NCBI GenBank assembly: GCA_963830175.1
Contig: CAWHKV010000007.1
Location: 173,255-237,254 of the forward strand
DNA length: 64,000 nucleotides
Direction of reading: 5' to 3'
Source: an uncultured Bacteroidota bacterium
GTDB taxonomy: Bacteria > Bacteroidota > Bacteroidia > Chitinophagales > Chitinophagaceae
Shown: positions 40,067-50,712 of the stretch, one piece after another
Numbering within the stretch: the stretch's first letter is position 1
How the letters are laid out: each line of letters starts with the position of its first letter
Program-made: the position numbers and the translations under genes
The notes under the pieces: generated by a model
Told to the model about the DNA's origin: nothing
The model's database searches: none
The model's input: only the letters and a program-made list of their open reading frames with translations

Positions 40067-40234
40067 GGTTTTTTTATTGCCATTTTGATAAATAAGAAAT
40101 TAGCCCTATTGTTGATTCATTGTAATTTTATTTACTTTAACACAATAATCCTTGCCAAAAGCATAAAATATGCCTGATAACCCTGCCATAAATATTTTAT
40201 ATTAAAACCTAATCATTACCTTTGCCGTCCTTAA

Positions 40235-40266
40235 TTTGAGCAAGTTGGCTTTTTTTGATAGATTTG
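40235..40266 (+). promoter_or_regulatory. candidate Bacteroidota sigma-A promoter dedicated to rpoB
   Basis: TTTG (40235..40238), N20, TAGATTTG (40259..40266) matches TTTG-N19-21-TAnnTTTG. It ends 68 nt upstream of the rpoB ATG. Confidence 0.5.
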
Positions 40267-40333
40267 GCAATAGTGCCCCATTGTAGTCACCCCAACTTTG
40301 CAGGATTTATATAAGAAAACCGGTTAAACATAT

Positions 40334-43300
40334 ATGTCATCAACTAAAGTTCAAAACAGGATCAGCTTTGGTAAAACCAAACACCTTGCTGAAACCCCTG
40401 ATCTGCTTGATATCCAACTTGAATCATTCAGAGATTTTTTCCAGTTAGAAACTACTCCGGACAAAAGAAACAACGAAGGCTTGTTTAAGGTATTCAAGGA
40501 AAATTTTCCCATTACCGATACCCGTAACATCTTCATGCTTGAGTTCCTGGATTATTTCATCGATCCTCCCCGTTATACGATCGAAGAATGTATGGAACGC
40601 GGTTTAACGTACGCTGTGCCATTAAAGGCGAAGTTGCGTTTAAGCTGTAATGATGAAGAGCACGTTGACTTTCAAACCATTGTTCAGGATGTATTTCTGG
40701 GAAATATTCCATACATGACGCCCCGCGGAACATTTGTAATAAATGGAGCTGAGCGTGTTGTTGTTTCACAACTGCACCGTTCACCTGGCGTGTTCTTCGG
40801 TCAGAGTGTTCACCCTAACGGAACAAAGATCTATTCTGCAAGGGTTATTCCTTTTAAAGGAGCCTGGATGGAGTTTGCTACAGACATCAATAATGTTATG
40901 TATGCATATATTGACCGTAAAAAGAAATTTCCTGTAACTACCCTGCTTCGTTCAATTGGGTTTGAAACCGACAAAGACATTCTTGAATTATTCGGAATGG
41001 CTATTGAAGTTAATGCAGATAAAAAAGCGCTGCAAAAACACATTGGAAAAAAATTAGCTGCCCGTGTTCTCAGAACCTGGGTAGAAGATTTTGTGGATGA
41101 AGACACCGGCGAGGTTGTTTCTATTGAGCGTAATGAAATAGTGATGGAAAGAGATACCGTGGTAGACGAAGACGCGGTGGATACCATTTCTGAACTAGAC
41201 GTTAAGAGCGTATTTATTCAGAAAGAAGATGTAGGTGGTGATTATGCCATCATATATAATACACTAAATAAAGATACCAGTAACAGTGAATTAGAAGCCG
41301 TTCAGCACATTTACCGCCAGTTGCGCGGGGCTGATGCGCCTGATAATGAAACTGCACGCGGTATTATTGATAAGTTATTTTTCAGTGATAAGCGTTACGA
41401 TCTTGGTGAAGTTGGTCGTTATAAGATCAATCGTAAACTTGGCGTAACCCAAAAGCTCGAAACCAAGGTTTTAACCAAGCAGGATATTATTGAGATAATC
41501 AAGTATCTCGTAAGGTTAACCAATGGCAAGGCCGAAATTGATGACATTGATCACCTGAGCAACCGTCGTGTACGTACAGTAGGCGAACAATTATATGCGC
41601 AGTTTGGTGTGGGTCTTGCACGTATGGCACGAACCATCCGTGAACGTATGAATGTTAGGGATAATGAGGTGTTTACCCCGGTAGACCTTATTAATGCCCG
41701 TACACTTTCATCTGTTATTAATTCTTTCTTTGGTACATCCCAGCTTTCCCAATTTCTTGATCAGACCAACCCATTATCAGAAATAACACATAAACGTCGT
41801 ATTTCTGCGCTAGGGCCAGGCGGATTAAGCAGGGAGCGCGCAGGTTTCGAAGTAAGAGACGTACACTACAGTCACTACGGTCGCCTGTGTACTATTGAAA
41901 CTCCGGAAGGACCGAATATTGGTTTGATATCTACGCTTTGCGTACATGCCAAGATCAATGAAATGGGCTTTATTGAAACCCCATACAGAAAGGTTGATGA
42001 GGGAAAGGTGAATATGAAACATCTTACCTACCTGAGTGCAGAGGAAGAAGATGAAGCCAAGATCGCACAGTCTAATTCTCAGTTTGATGAACATGGTCAT
42101 TTTGTTGAAGAAAGAATTGTGAGCCGTCAGACTGGTGACTTCCCGATTCTTGAAAAAACAGAAGTAGAATACATGGACGTTGCGCCAAACCAGATCGTTG
42201 GTCTTAGCGCCTCGCTCATTCCATTCCTGGAACACGATGATGCTAACCGTGCCTTAATGGGAAGTAACATGCAACGCCAGGCAGTGCCACTTATTCGTCC
42301 TGAAGCTCCTGTAGTGGGCACAGGTCTGGAAAGTAAGGCAGCCCGTGATGCACGTATTCAGTTACATGCAGAAGGCGATGGAATTGTTGAATATGTAGAT
42401 GCAAAAGAAATTCACGTAAGATATAACCGAAACGATGTTGGCAGGCTTGTAAGCTTTGATGAAGACCTTAAAATTTACAGGCTTACAAAATTCATTAAAA
42501 CCAACCAGGCAACTTCAATCATTTTGCGTCCTGCAGTAAGAAAAGGTCAATCTGTAAAAAGAGGCGATTTCTTAACGGAAGGCTATGCAACAAAAGATGG
42601 TGAACTTGCATTAGGTCGTAATCTTCGTGTAGCATTCATGCCATGGAAAGGTTACAACTTTGAAGATGCAATTGTAATTAATGAAAAAGCGGTTCGCGAC
42701 GATATTTTCACTTCTATTCATATCGATGAGTTTGAACTTGAAGTGCGCGACACAAAATTGGGAGAAGAAGAATTAACACCGGATATTCCAAACGTTTCTG
42801 AAGAGGCTACAAAAGATCTTGATGAACACGGAATAATACGTATTGGTGCACAGGTTAAGGAGGGAGATATTCTTATCGGAAAGATCACACCAAAAGGTGA
42901 AAGCGATCCTACCCCTGAGGAAAAACTACTTCGTGCAATCTTCGGTGATAAAGCCGGTGATGCAAAAGATGCTTCATTAAAAGCACCAAACGGAACTGAG
43001 GGTGTTGTAATTGATAAAAAATTATTTCAGCGCGCCAAGAAAGACAAGAATGGTAAGATTCGTGAAAAAGCGCAGCTAGAAAAGATTGAAAAGGTTCATG
43101 AGAAGAATGTAGAAGACCTGCGGGAAGTTTTACTGGATAAGCTATTGACCCTGTTAAAGGATAAGACCTCTGCAGGCGTATCTAACAATTTTGGTGAAAT
43201 GCTGGTAGGCAAAAGCGCTAAGTTTAATGCAAAAAACATTGCTACAATAGACTTCCAGAATGTTAATCCTTTAGGCTGGACCGGTGAAAAAGATACTGAC

Positions 43301-44137
43301 GACCTCATAAATACTTTGTTGCACAATTTCAGCATCAGGTATAATGAAGAATTAGGAAGATACAAAAGGGAGAAGTTCAATATTTCCATAGGTGATGAAT
43401 TACCAGCCGGAGTTTTAAAACTTGCAAAAGTTTACCTGGCTGTAAAACGCAAACTTAAAGTGGGCGATAAAATGGCAGGACGCCACGGTAACAAAGGTAT
43501 TGTAGCCAAGATCGTTCGTGCAGAAGACATGCCTTTTATGGAAGATGGATCTCCTGTTGATATTGTTCTTAACCCATTGGGTGTACCCAGTCGTATGAAC
43601 CTCGGACAGATCTATGAAACAATTTTAGGATGGGCAGGTCACAAGATGGGTGTAAAATTTGCCACCCCCATATTTGATGGTGCATCTACCGATGAAATTG
43701 CTGAATACTGCGAAAAGGCAGACATTCCAATGATGGGACATACCTACCTCTTTGATGGTGAAACAGGCGAACGCTTTCATCAGAAAGCAACCGTTGGTAT
43801 CATATACATGATCAAGTTACACCACATGGTAGATGATAAGATGCATGCCCGTTCAATCGGACCATACAGTCTTATTACCCAGCAACCATTGGGCGGTAAA
43901 GCACAATTTGGTGGTCAGCGTTTTGGTGAAATGGAAGTTTGGGCACTTGAAGCATACGGTGCATCTAACATTTTACAGGAATTGCTTACCCTTAAATCTG
44001 ATGATATTATCGGAAGGGCTAAAACATACGAAGCCATTGTAAAAGGTGACAACGTACCAAAAGCAGGTGTACCTGAATCATTCAATGTATTGGTACATGA
44101 ATTAAGAGGGTTGGGTTTAGATCTGAAATTTGAATAA
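40334..44137 (+). CDS. rpoB: DNA-directed RNA polymerase subunit beta
   Basis: 1267 aa. It has the Rif-cluster region [32 protein letters not shown], plus [19 protein letters not shown] and [18 protein letters not shown]. Confidence 0.97.
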   Translation: MSSTKVQNRISFGKTKHLAETPDLLDIQLESFRDFFQLETTPDKRNNEGLFKVFKENFPITDTRNIFMLEFLDYFIDPPRYTIEECMERGLTYAVPLKAKLRLSCNDEEHVDFQTIVQDVFLGNIPYMTPRGTFVINGAERVVVSQLHRSPGVFFGQSVHPNGTKIYSARVIPFKGAWMEFATDINNVMYAYIDRKKKFPVTTLLRSIGFETDKDILELFGMAIEVNADKKALQKHIGKKLAARVLRTWVEDFVDEDTGEVVSIERNEIVMERDTVVDEDAVDTISELDVKSVFIQKEDVGGDYAIIYNTLNKDTSNSELEAVQHIYRQLRGADAPDNETARGIIDKLFFSDKRYDLGEVGRYKINRKLGVTQKLETKVLTKQDIIEIIKYLVRLTNGKAEIDDIDHLSNRRVRTVGEQLYAQFGVGLARMARTIRERMNVRDNEVFTPVDLINARTLSSVINSFFGTSQLSQFLDQTNPLSEITHKRRISALGPGGLSRERAGFEVRDVHYSHYGRLCTIETPEGPNIGLISTLCVHAKINEMGFIETPYRKVDEGKVNMKHLTYLSAEEEDEAKIAQSNSQFDEHGHFVEERIVSRQTGDFPILEKTEVEYMDVAPNQIVGLSASLIPFLEHDDANRALMGSNMQRQAVPLIRPEAPVVGTGLESKAARDARIQLHAEGDGIVEYVDAKEIHVRYNRNDVGRLVSFDEDLKIYRLTKFIKTNQATSIILRPAVRKGQSVKRGDFLTEGYATKDGELALGRNLRVAFMPWKGYNFEDAIVINEKAVRDDIFTSIHIDEFELEVRDTKLGEEELTPDIPNVSEEATKDLDEHGIIRIGAQVKEGDILIGKITPKGESDPTPEEKLLRAIFGDKAGDAKDASLKAPNGTEGVVIDKKLFQRAKKDKNGKIREKAQLEKIEKVHEKNVEDLREVLLDKLLTLLKDKTSAGVSNNFGEMLVGKSAKFNAKNIATIDFQNVNPLGWTGEKDTDDLINTLLHNFSIRYNEELGRYKREKFNISIGDELPAGVLKLAKVYLAVKRKLKVGDKMAGRHGNKGIVAKIVRAEDMPFMEDGSPVDIVLNPLGVPSRMNLGQIYETILGWAGHKMGVKFATPIFDGASTDEIAEYCEKADIPMMGHTYLFDGETGERFHQKATVGIIYMIKLHHMVDDKMHARSIGPYSLITQQPLGGKAQFGGQRFGEMEVWALEAYGASNILQELLTLKSDDIIGRAKTYEAIVKGDNVPKAGVPESFNVLVHELRGLGLDLKFE

Positions 44138-44157
44138 CAATTTCTAATAGTTATTTT

Positions 44158-44187
44158 AAAGCTGCCTCTAAAAGGCAGCTTTTTTTA
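44158..44187 (+). terminator. intrinsic terminator immediately after rpoB
   Basis: Stem agctgcc/ggcagct (44160..44166 / 44174..44180) with a 7-nt loop, followed by T7. Confidence 0.8.
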
Positions 44188-44326
44188 TTTCCGAAACCTA
44201 GTGTTCATTCCCACCAAATTATTTACACCTTTGCTTCATAATAAACCTCATTGCCGGTAATAGAATAGATTTTGTAACCAACCTTTTACTGTATTTATTC
44301 ATCTTTAAAAAACAAACCTGCCTGTA

Positions 44327-44884
44327 TTGCCTACCGACAAGGAACTTATACAAGAAAGCATTTCGGGAAACCGTGCCATGCAAAACAAATTATATCAAAA
44401 ATTTGCCCCCGCTATGATGGGTTTGTGCCTTAGATATTCCAAAGGCTCACATGATGCAGAAGATATTTTACAGGAAGGTTTCATTAAAGTTTTCACTTGC
44501 ATCAAACAATATAGTTTTAAAGGAAGCTTTGAAGGATGGATAAAAAAAATAATGGTTAACTGTGCCCTTCAACGATTAAGAAATAAAAATCTTCTTTATC
44601 CAGTCTCTACCACCGGTTATTGTGAAGATGAACCTTTTGACGCGAATGCTATTTTAGATGCAATTAGTACCAAAGAATTACTATCCCTTATTCAGGGTTT
44701 ACCTCCTATGTGCCGCATTGTTTTTAACCTGCATGTATTTGAAGGTTTAAAACATAAAGAAATTGCAGATATGCTGGAAATTTCTGAAGGCACATCAAAA
44801 TCAAATCTTCATGATGCCCGGAAAATGTTACAACGCAAGTTGTCGGATCAGAATGTTTTATTTAACCTAAAATCCGGTGCATGA
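44327..44884 (+). CDS. ECF-type RNA polymerase sigma-70 family factor
   Basis: 185 aa with region 2 (AEDILQEGFIKVF) and region 4 HTH (LKHKEIADMLEISEGTSKSNLHDARKML). The start is TTG, and there is a 4-nt ATGA overlap with the next gene. Confidence 0.85.
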   Translation: MPTDKELIQESISGNRAMQNKLYQKFAPAMMGLCLRYSKGSHDAEDILQEGFIKVFTCIKQYSFKGSFEGWIKKIMVNCALQRLRNKNLLYPVSTTGYCEDEPFDANAILDAISTKELLSLIQGLPPMCRIVFNLHVFEGLKHKEIADMLEISEGTSKSNLHDARKMLQRKLSDQNVLFNLKSGA

Positions 44885-46209
44885 ATAAAAATTTACAAAA
44901 AATAGATGAATTGTTTTCCGCTGGCTTAAAAGATTTTGAGAAAATTCCTCCAGGAGAGATTTGGCAGAATATTGAAAATTCACTGGATAAAAGTGAAGCC
45001 ATTTTGTTCAAAAAGAAGTACAAAACGCTTTTGAAAATGGTTTCGGTCTCTTCAGTTTTAATATTAATACTTTCCGGGGTTTATTTTTCTAACTATTTTT
45101 CAAAAACCTCTTTATTAAAAAAATCAATCGCTAAAACATATAATGAAGAAAAGACCGGTAAATCAATGAACGCTATATTAAGAGGCGAAAAAGAACAGGC
45201 ATATAAAAATCGTCCATCAGCCACTTTTTCAGTTATAAAAATAAATAAAACCGTTAGCAGGAAATTAAATTCGTTTTCTAACGCAAATGAAACCGACTGG
45301 CTTAATGCTTTTAAAAATGAAGGATATAATTTCCACTCTCCTATTTCTCTTTCCCAAATTCCTGCGTTGGTTGCTAAAGCAGAAGAAATGAATCCGTTGT
45401 TTTTAGAAACCAAAACGATACATAATTATGTTGAGGATATCAACAAAAATTCAACAAACAAATCTTCTATTAATTTAACCTTCGCAAAAAATAAACCATC
45501 AATTTACATCACTCCATTTTTTTCCGCAGATCTAATTTCTGCCCGATTTATAAAGATTTATGAACCCGACGATGAACAATTGCAAGAAAACAATCGGAAC
45601 GATTTTCATTTATCATATACAACAGGTCTTAATATTGAATACAAATTTTCAAAAAAGGCTTCCATTCAATCCGGACTATTTTATTCTCAGTGGTTTGCCC
45701 CCATTTCACCGGCAGTTGTAAATGCTTTGCAGGATAATACCGGTAATTATAAATTTAAACTTACTACTAATTATGGTATTGCCGAATTACATAAACAAAG
45801 TTGGTCTTTGCCGCAGATTGGCGATAGTTTAAGTATTAAAGACGGTTACTTAAATCTTCAATCCATCTCTTTTCCTGCGCTTATAAAACTAAATATTAAA
45901 CAAGGTAAATTAAACCTTGGTGCTGTTGGAGGTGCAGCCATAAACCTAATGACAAAAGATGTGGCAGAAGTTGAATATTTTTCACAAAATGGATCTGAAA
46001 AAGAAACTGTTCAAAAATTAGAAGGACTTAGGAACATTTATTTTTCTGCTATTGCCGGTTTAGAAGGTTCTTATAATATTAATAATTCTGTAAGCGTAAA
46101 TTTTTATCCATTGTTACGATATGCAATAACCCCGGTTAACAAAGAAACACCGGTAAAAACATACCCTATAAATATTGGTATTGGGGCTGGGTTGCAAATT
46201 AAATTATAG
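44881..46209 (+). CDS. putative anti-sigma/membrane protein with C-terminal beta-barrel-like domain
   Basis: 442 aa, translationally coupled to the ECF sigma gene. It has one TM segment (VSVSSVLILILSGVYF). The C-terminal half shows alternating beta-strand character and ends GIGAGLQIKL. Confidence 0.5.
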   Translation: MNKNLQKIDELFSAGLKDFEKIPPGEIWQNIENSLDKSEAILFKKKYKTLLKMVSVSSVLILILSGVYFSNYFSKTSLLKKSIAKTYNEEKTGKSMNAILRGEKEQAYKNRPSATFSVIKINKTVSRKLNSFSNANETDWLNAFKNEGYNFHSPISLSQIPALVAKAEEMNPLFLETKTIHNYVEDINKNSTNKSSINLTFAKNKPSIYITPFFSADLISARFIKIYEPDDEQLQENNRNDFHLSYTTGLNIEYKFSKKASIQSGLFYSQWFAPISPAVVNALQDNTGNYKFKLTTNYGIAELHKQSWSLPQIGDSLSIKDGYLNLQSISFPALIKLNIKQGKLNLGAVGGAAINLMTKDVAEVEYFSQNGSEKETVQKLEGLRNIYFSAIAGLEGSYNINNSVSVNFYPLLRYAITPVNKETPVKTYPINIGIGAGLQIKL

Positions 46210-46320
46210 TAATTGTTTCATCTGTCATTGTTTATAGCTTAGTCCACGCATTTTAAAAAGATTTAATTTTTTCGGCACAACTAAAATAGGTTACAGAGCA
46301 TCTGTCTTAAAACAAGCTGC

Positions 46321-47016
46321 ATGTTTACAATCAAATTAAACTCCGCATCCTTATTGGTAAGCATTCTTTTAGTTATAAATGCTTCAGGAACAAATGCACA
46401 GGCATTAAGGTTAGCAGACAGCACCTTTTCTTTTAATGAAAATATTGAAGTGAGGCAGGTCTCCCTCAAATCCCTAATAATACCGGTTTCCATTTTTGGG
46501 TATAGGGTTGCGGTTAATGCTGAAGATGTGTTTATTTCCGATGCGGAAATAAAAGAAGAAAGGGATGAAAACTTTAAAAACTTTCATACAAAAATTGATG
46601 ATTATTTACAATTTGCTCCAGTTGCAGCGGCATATGCTATGATGCTTGATAACCCGGGGCAATCATTTTGGCCATATACCAAAAAACTAGTTATTAACGA
46701 AATTATACTGGGTCTTGCTGTACCCCAGATGAAACATCTAAGCAAAGTTACCCGGCCAGATTCTAACATTTATAATGCCTTTCCTTCCGGTCATACAGCG
46801 CAGGCTTTTTCAGGTGCAACACTTTTATGTGATGAATTTGGAAGAGGCAAACCCTGGTTGTATATGGCTGCATACGGTAGTGCATCTGCCGTGGGGGTAA
46901 TGCGCATTCTTAATAATCGCCATTGGGCAAGCGATGTTATTGCAGGTGCAGGGTTTGGGATTTTATCTGCTAAGGTTTCCAACATTTTGGTTCATTCTTT
47001 TGAAAGACGCGATTGA
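46321..47016 (+). CDS. PAP2-family phosphatase
   Basis: Acid-phosphatase motifs KVTRPDS (KxxxxxxRP-like), FPSGHTAQAF (PSGH) and RILNNRHWASDV (SRxxxxxHxxxD-like). Confidence 0.8.
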   Translation: MFTIKLNSASLLVSILLVINASGTNAQALRLADSTFSFNENIEVRQVSLKSLIIPVSIFGYRVAVNAEDVFISDAEIKEERDENFKNFHTKIDDYLQFAPVAAAYAMMLDNPGQSFWPYTKKLVINEIILGLAVPQMKHLSKVTRPDSNIYNAFPSGHTAQAFSGATLLCDEFGRGKPWLYMAAYGSASAVGVMRILNNRHWASDVIAGAGFGILSAKVSNILVHSFERRD

Positions 47017-47082
47017 AATCCATAAGCATATTCTGGATCTGATAAAACTTTAAATTAAAGGCTATTCTTTAATAGTTAGTTC

Positions 47083-47113
47083 AATAAAAAAGGCTTGTTA
47101 AATAACAAGCCTT
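47083..47113 (-). terminator. intrinsic terminator after the PepSY-like gene
   Basis: A 10-bp stem aaggcttgtt/aacaagcctt (47090..47099 / 47104..47113) with a 4-nt loop, and a T-run on the minus strand. Confidence 0.7.
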
Positions 47114-47134
47114 AATCCCTTTTTTCCTTTGGAA

Positions 47135-47572
47135 TTAATCTTCTACTTCACTTGCTTCATTATCATTATCTTTCTTCGAGAAATTGCCATTTGCGTCAAA
47201 TATTAAATCCTTGCCATTAACTTCTGCTTCATACCACTTTGATCCGTCTGCTTTAATAATAACTGAAGCTTCCTTAATCTTTGAACCCGAATGAGTTTTT
47301 GTGATATATTCGGTTGCCGCTGCAGGTAATTCAGAAACAGGAATAGCCATTTCCTTTTCTTCAAAAATTCCATTTGCAGTAAAAACTGCAGACATTTCTT
47401 TTCCATCCTTTTCAAATTCAGCTTCAAATTTCCCATCTTCTTTATCCCATCCTTTTACAGTTACCCCTGGAAATTCCTTTGCAAATGATGCTTTTGCGGC
47501 ATCAGGTATATTTTTTTGTGCCATAACATTTGTTGCAACAAACAGCACACCTGCTAACAATAATTTTTTCAT
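47135..47572 (-). CDS. PepSY-like (DUF2874-type) periplasmic protein
   Basis: 145 aa with a signal peptide and repeated modules of the form FPGVTVKGWDKEDGKFEAEFEKDGKEMSAVF / KADGSKWYEAEVNGKDLIFD. Confidence 0.65.
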   Translation of the reverse strand: MKKLLLAGVLFVATNVMAQKNIPDAAKASFAKEFPGVTVKGWDKEDGKFEAEFEKDGKEMSAVFTANGIFEEKEMAIPVSELPAAATEYITKTHSGSKIKEASVIIKADGSKWYEAEVNGKDLIFDANGNFSKKDNDNEASEVED

Positions 47573-47643
47573 GATTATAAATTTTTTTTTATTAATTCAA
47601 TTAAAAGACCAATTGTTGTTAAGGTCTGGTTAGATTAAGGTTT

Positions 47644-48516
47644 TCAAATTTTTTTATAGTTTTTAAAGCTGAAGATTCTTTTTCCTGTATACTTTTCAAT
47701 GTAAAATAAAAGGTGGTCTTTAATACTAAATTTCTTCCTGGAGATATCTATTTCAATCTGCCAGTCCTGTTTTGCAATTCTTTTTACCATTGTGTGCGGG
47801 TGTGTATCCAAAAAATATTTCAGGCTGTCAAAATCATCATAGTTAAATAATTCACCTGAATTCTTAAACGCCGATAATTCAGCGCCGTCCTCCTTCCAAT
47901 ATTGCCTTACCTGAATCATTTTATCTTTCATTTTTTTGGGATTTTTTACCCAACCATAATGGTATATATATGCATTTATTTCTTTAACAAGCAATTTTCT
48001 ATTTTCCTTTCTAAAGCCCTGCGCATCCCGGTACGCCTGAATGTTTATATTGTTTCTAAGTATGCGTACCTCATGATTATACCATCTTCTGCTATTGCCA
48101 ACTATATTATATGCTCCATAAAAATGCAGATATTTAAAGAGTAATCCTTCTATGTTAGTTCTGCTTTTATATTTTTCGCAAGCATGTATTATTTCCGTGT
48201 AATATTTTTCGTGAAGTAATTCATCAGCCTGAATATAAAATGCCCAGGTGCTGTTCTTATCAATTAAACTAAAGGCTTTATTCGTTTCAACAGCCAAAAC
48301 TTCACCTCCTTTACGTAGTGAGGTATCCCAAACGGAATGAAATATTTTAATTTTAGAGGATTGAATATTGGTTATTAATGCCTCCGTTTCATCGGAGCTT
48401 TTACCTATAAGCACGATCATTTCATCAACAACCGGTAAGATCGATGTTATAGCTTCAACAATAGGGTAATCATTTATGATCGCATCTTTAATGATTGTGA
48501 ATCCGCTGATCTTCAT
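47644..48516 (-). CDS. glycosyltransferase family 2-like protein
   Basis: 290 aa. MKISGFTIIKDAIINDYPIVEAITSILPVVDEMIVLIGKSSDETEALI matches a remembered Bacteroidota GT2-annotated family. No motif-level proof. Confidence 0.6.
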   Translation of the reverse strand: MKISGFTIIKDAIINDYPIVEAITSILPVVDEMIVLIGKSSDETEALITNIQSSKIKIFHSVWDTSLRKGGEVLAVETNKAFSLIDKNSTWAFYIQADELLHEKYYTEIIHACEKYKSRTNIEGLLFKYLHFYGAYNIVGNSRRWYNHEVRILRNNINIQAYRDAQGFRKENRKLLVKEINAYIYHYGWVKNPKKMKDKMIQVRQYWKEDGAELSAFKNSGELFNYDDFDSLKYFLDTHPHTMVKRIAKQDWQIEIDISRKKFSIKDHLLFYIEKYTGKRIFSFKNYKKI

Positions 48517-48739
48517 AAGTTGTTAGGTTAAGATAATTGCTACCTGTATTTGGTTGGGTGTTGAGAAATAAAATCAAATTACACAACCTTCTAACCTAAC
48601 TCTAAAACTACCGTTACAAGTTTAACATACATATTTTAACCAAATTATTATTACTTTGCCCAACTTTTGCTGAAACAAAGAAATTACCGGGAAACAGCAA
48701 AGGCTATTTAATATAGCCGGGACATAAAATTAATTGTAG

Positions 48740-50082
48740 ATGTTATTAGCGATAGACTGGGCTTCGGTGGGTATAAAAGCCCTTCAATTTATTCTTTCCT
48801 TTTCCATACTGGTTACCATACATGAATTTGGTCATTATATTACCGCAAAATGGTTTAAGTGCAGGGTAGATAAATTTTACCTGTTCTTTAATCCATGGTT
48901 TAGTATATGGAAAAAACAAATTGGTGAAACCGAATATGGTTTAGGCTGGGTGCCTTTTGGCGGTTATGTAAAAATAGCCGGAATGGTAGATGAAAGCATG
49001 GATAAAGAGCAGATGAAACAACCTGCCCAACCTTTTGAGTTCAGAAGCAAACCAGCCTGGCAAAGATTAATTATAATGCTTGCAGGTGTATTTCTGAATG
49101 TTGTGCTTGCATTGTTTCTTTTTATAATGATAACCTATACCTGGGGTGAAGAATACCTGCCTTCAAAAAATATTACTTATGGAATTTATGCTGATTCACT
49201 TGGTAAAAAAATGGGTTTGCAGGATGGTGATAAAATAATTGCCATCGGCAATAAACCTGTTGAAAATATTCAAACAGTTGGTGGAGACCTGATGTTCAAT
49301 AATGCAAAAAACCTGGTGGTTGAAAGAAATGGTGCCAATGTAAGTCTTGCCGTTCCCAACGGTTTTATTGGCGAACTGAATAAAAATAAGTTTCAAAACT
49401 TTTTTGGAATAAGAATACCTACAAAAGTTGATTCCGTTTTTGCCACGGCAAGCTTTACAGAAAACGCATTCAAAAGGGGGATTATATAATTGGTTTAAAC
49501 GGGCAGCCGGTATCCTATTTTCACGAATTTAATAATCTGAGAACAAAATATAAAAATTCAATTGCCACGCTGGATGTAATAAGAGGCGGCGATACGATTC
49601 AGGTGAAAGCAAAAATTAATGAAGATGGATTTATTGGTTTTGCATACGCACAGCCCAATGAGTTTTTTAAGACGGTTACTAAAAAATATACCTTAATGGA
49701 AGCTATTCCAAAAGGTATTGAAAACTGTTTTGCCATGTTAAGCAAATATGTAACCGGTATTAAACAAATTTTTTCCGGAACAGTGAGTGCCAATGATTCT
49801 CTGGGCAGTGTTATAAGCATCGGAAATACTTTTCCGGGTGTGTGGGACTGGAGTACGTTTTGGACGCTTACAGCTATATTCTCTATCATTCTTGCCTTTA
49901 TGAATGTATTGCCCATACCAGCACTCGATGGTGGTCACGCCCTGTTTAACATTTATGAAATGATAACCGGGCACAAACCAAGTGATAAGTTTATGGAATA
50001 TGCACAAATGGTAGGAATGATCTTATTATTCGGGTTGATGGCATATGCCCTGGGTCTCGATATTTTCAGGCTGTTTAAATAG
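48740..50082 (+). pseudogene. rseP: RIP site-2 metalloprotease RseP (M50), reading frame broken by a 1-nt indel
   Basis: ORF 48740..49489 has the HEFGHY zinc motif and the first PDZ domain. The second PDZ (GDYIIGLNGQPVSYFHEF...) and LPIPALDGGH continue in the -1 frame, which is open from 49432 (ORF 49603..50082). The junction is at the aaaaggggg run, 49472..49480. Confidence 0.85.
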
Positions 50083-50157
50083 CATTCAATTTTTATTGGC
50101 AGGTTTATTGCCTTAATTTGCCGACCTTTGAATGGAAGCTCTTTGATAAAAACTTAC

Positions 50158-50529
50158 GGGGCTGTGTTGGTTTTGACAGCACAGATTACGGTAGGTGTAA
50201 GCATGCAGTGCGTTGGATAATTAGCACTTTAATCTGAATATTCAAAACAATACACGGCGAATCTAACTTCGCTATGGCTGCCTAATCAGAGATTAGCGTA
50301 ACCATTATGGCCGTTGAACAGGCTGACCTGTTGCCTCGTTCTTCCGCCCAATAACAAATAAAATGGGTTGCTGCAGCAGAAGGCTGTGACTGTTGCAAAA
50401 GACTATTCAGCTAAGCGGGCAATTGGTTTGTTCTTTTCCGGCTGCCTGCCGACAAATAATAATGAAATAAGCATGTAGAAAGCTTATGGTGAATGTGTTT
50501 GGACAGGGGTTCGAATCCCCTCAGCTCCA
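50158..50529 (+). ncRNA. ssrA: tmRNA (ssrA)
   Basis: The 5' GGGGCTG pairs with the 3' CAGCTCC, followed by discriminator A. The T-arm is GGGGTTCGAATCCCC. The internal tag ORF ggc gaa tct aac ttc gct atg gct gcc taa (50256..50285) encodes GESNFAMAA. CCA is not encoded. Confidence 0.9.
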
Positions 50530-50534
50530 CAGGT

Positions 50535-50570
50535 AAAAAAAAGAGGCAACCTTCCATTGCCTCTTTTTTA
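50535..50570 (+). terminator. intrinsic terminator after ssrA
   Basis: Stem agaggcaa/ttgcctct (50542..50549 / 50557..50564), with an A-run before and T6 after. Confidence 0.8.
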
Positions 50571-50712
50571 TTTATCTCTATTACCTAATAATTATCTTAT
50601 TAAGATCATTTGTTTGGTTGCAAAAATCTTTCCTTCAACTATTAATGAATATTGATAAGTGCCTTTTTGTATTTTTTAAAAGTATTTCCTATGGAAATAT
50701 GGAATAACCGTC

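Noticed and set aside
40351-43389. Several 60-136-aa ORFs antisense to or out of frame with rpoB (40351..40536, 40557..40784, 40743..40937, 40831..41187, 41825..42235, 42127..42321, 43096..43389, and further on 43833..44042).
   Set aside because: All lie wholly inside the strongly supported rpoB frame. Their sequences are low-complexity or Ser/Leu-rich shadow-ORF-like, with no motifs.
47203-47633. ORFs 47203..47436 (-) and 47301..47633 (+) overlapping the PepSY-like gene.
   Set aside because: They are alternative-frame or antisense ORFs within a gene that has a clear signal peptide and repeated PepSY-like modules. No independent support.
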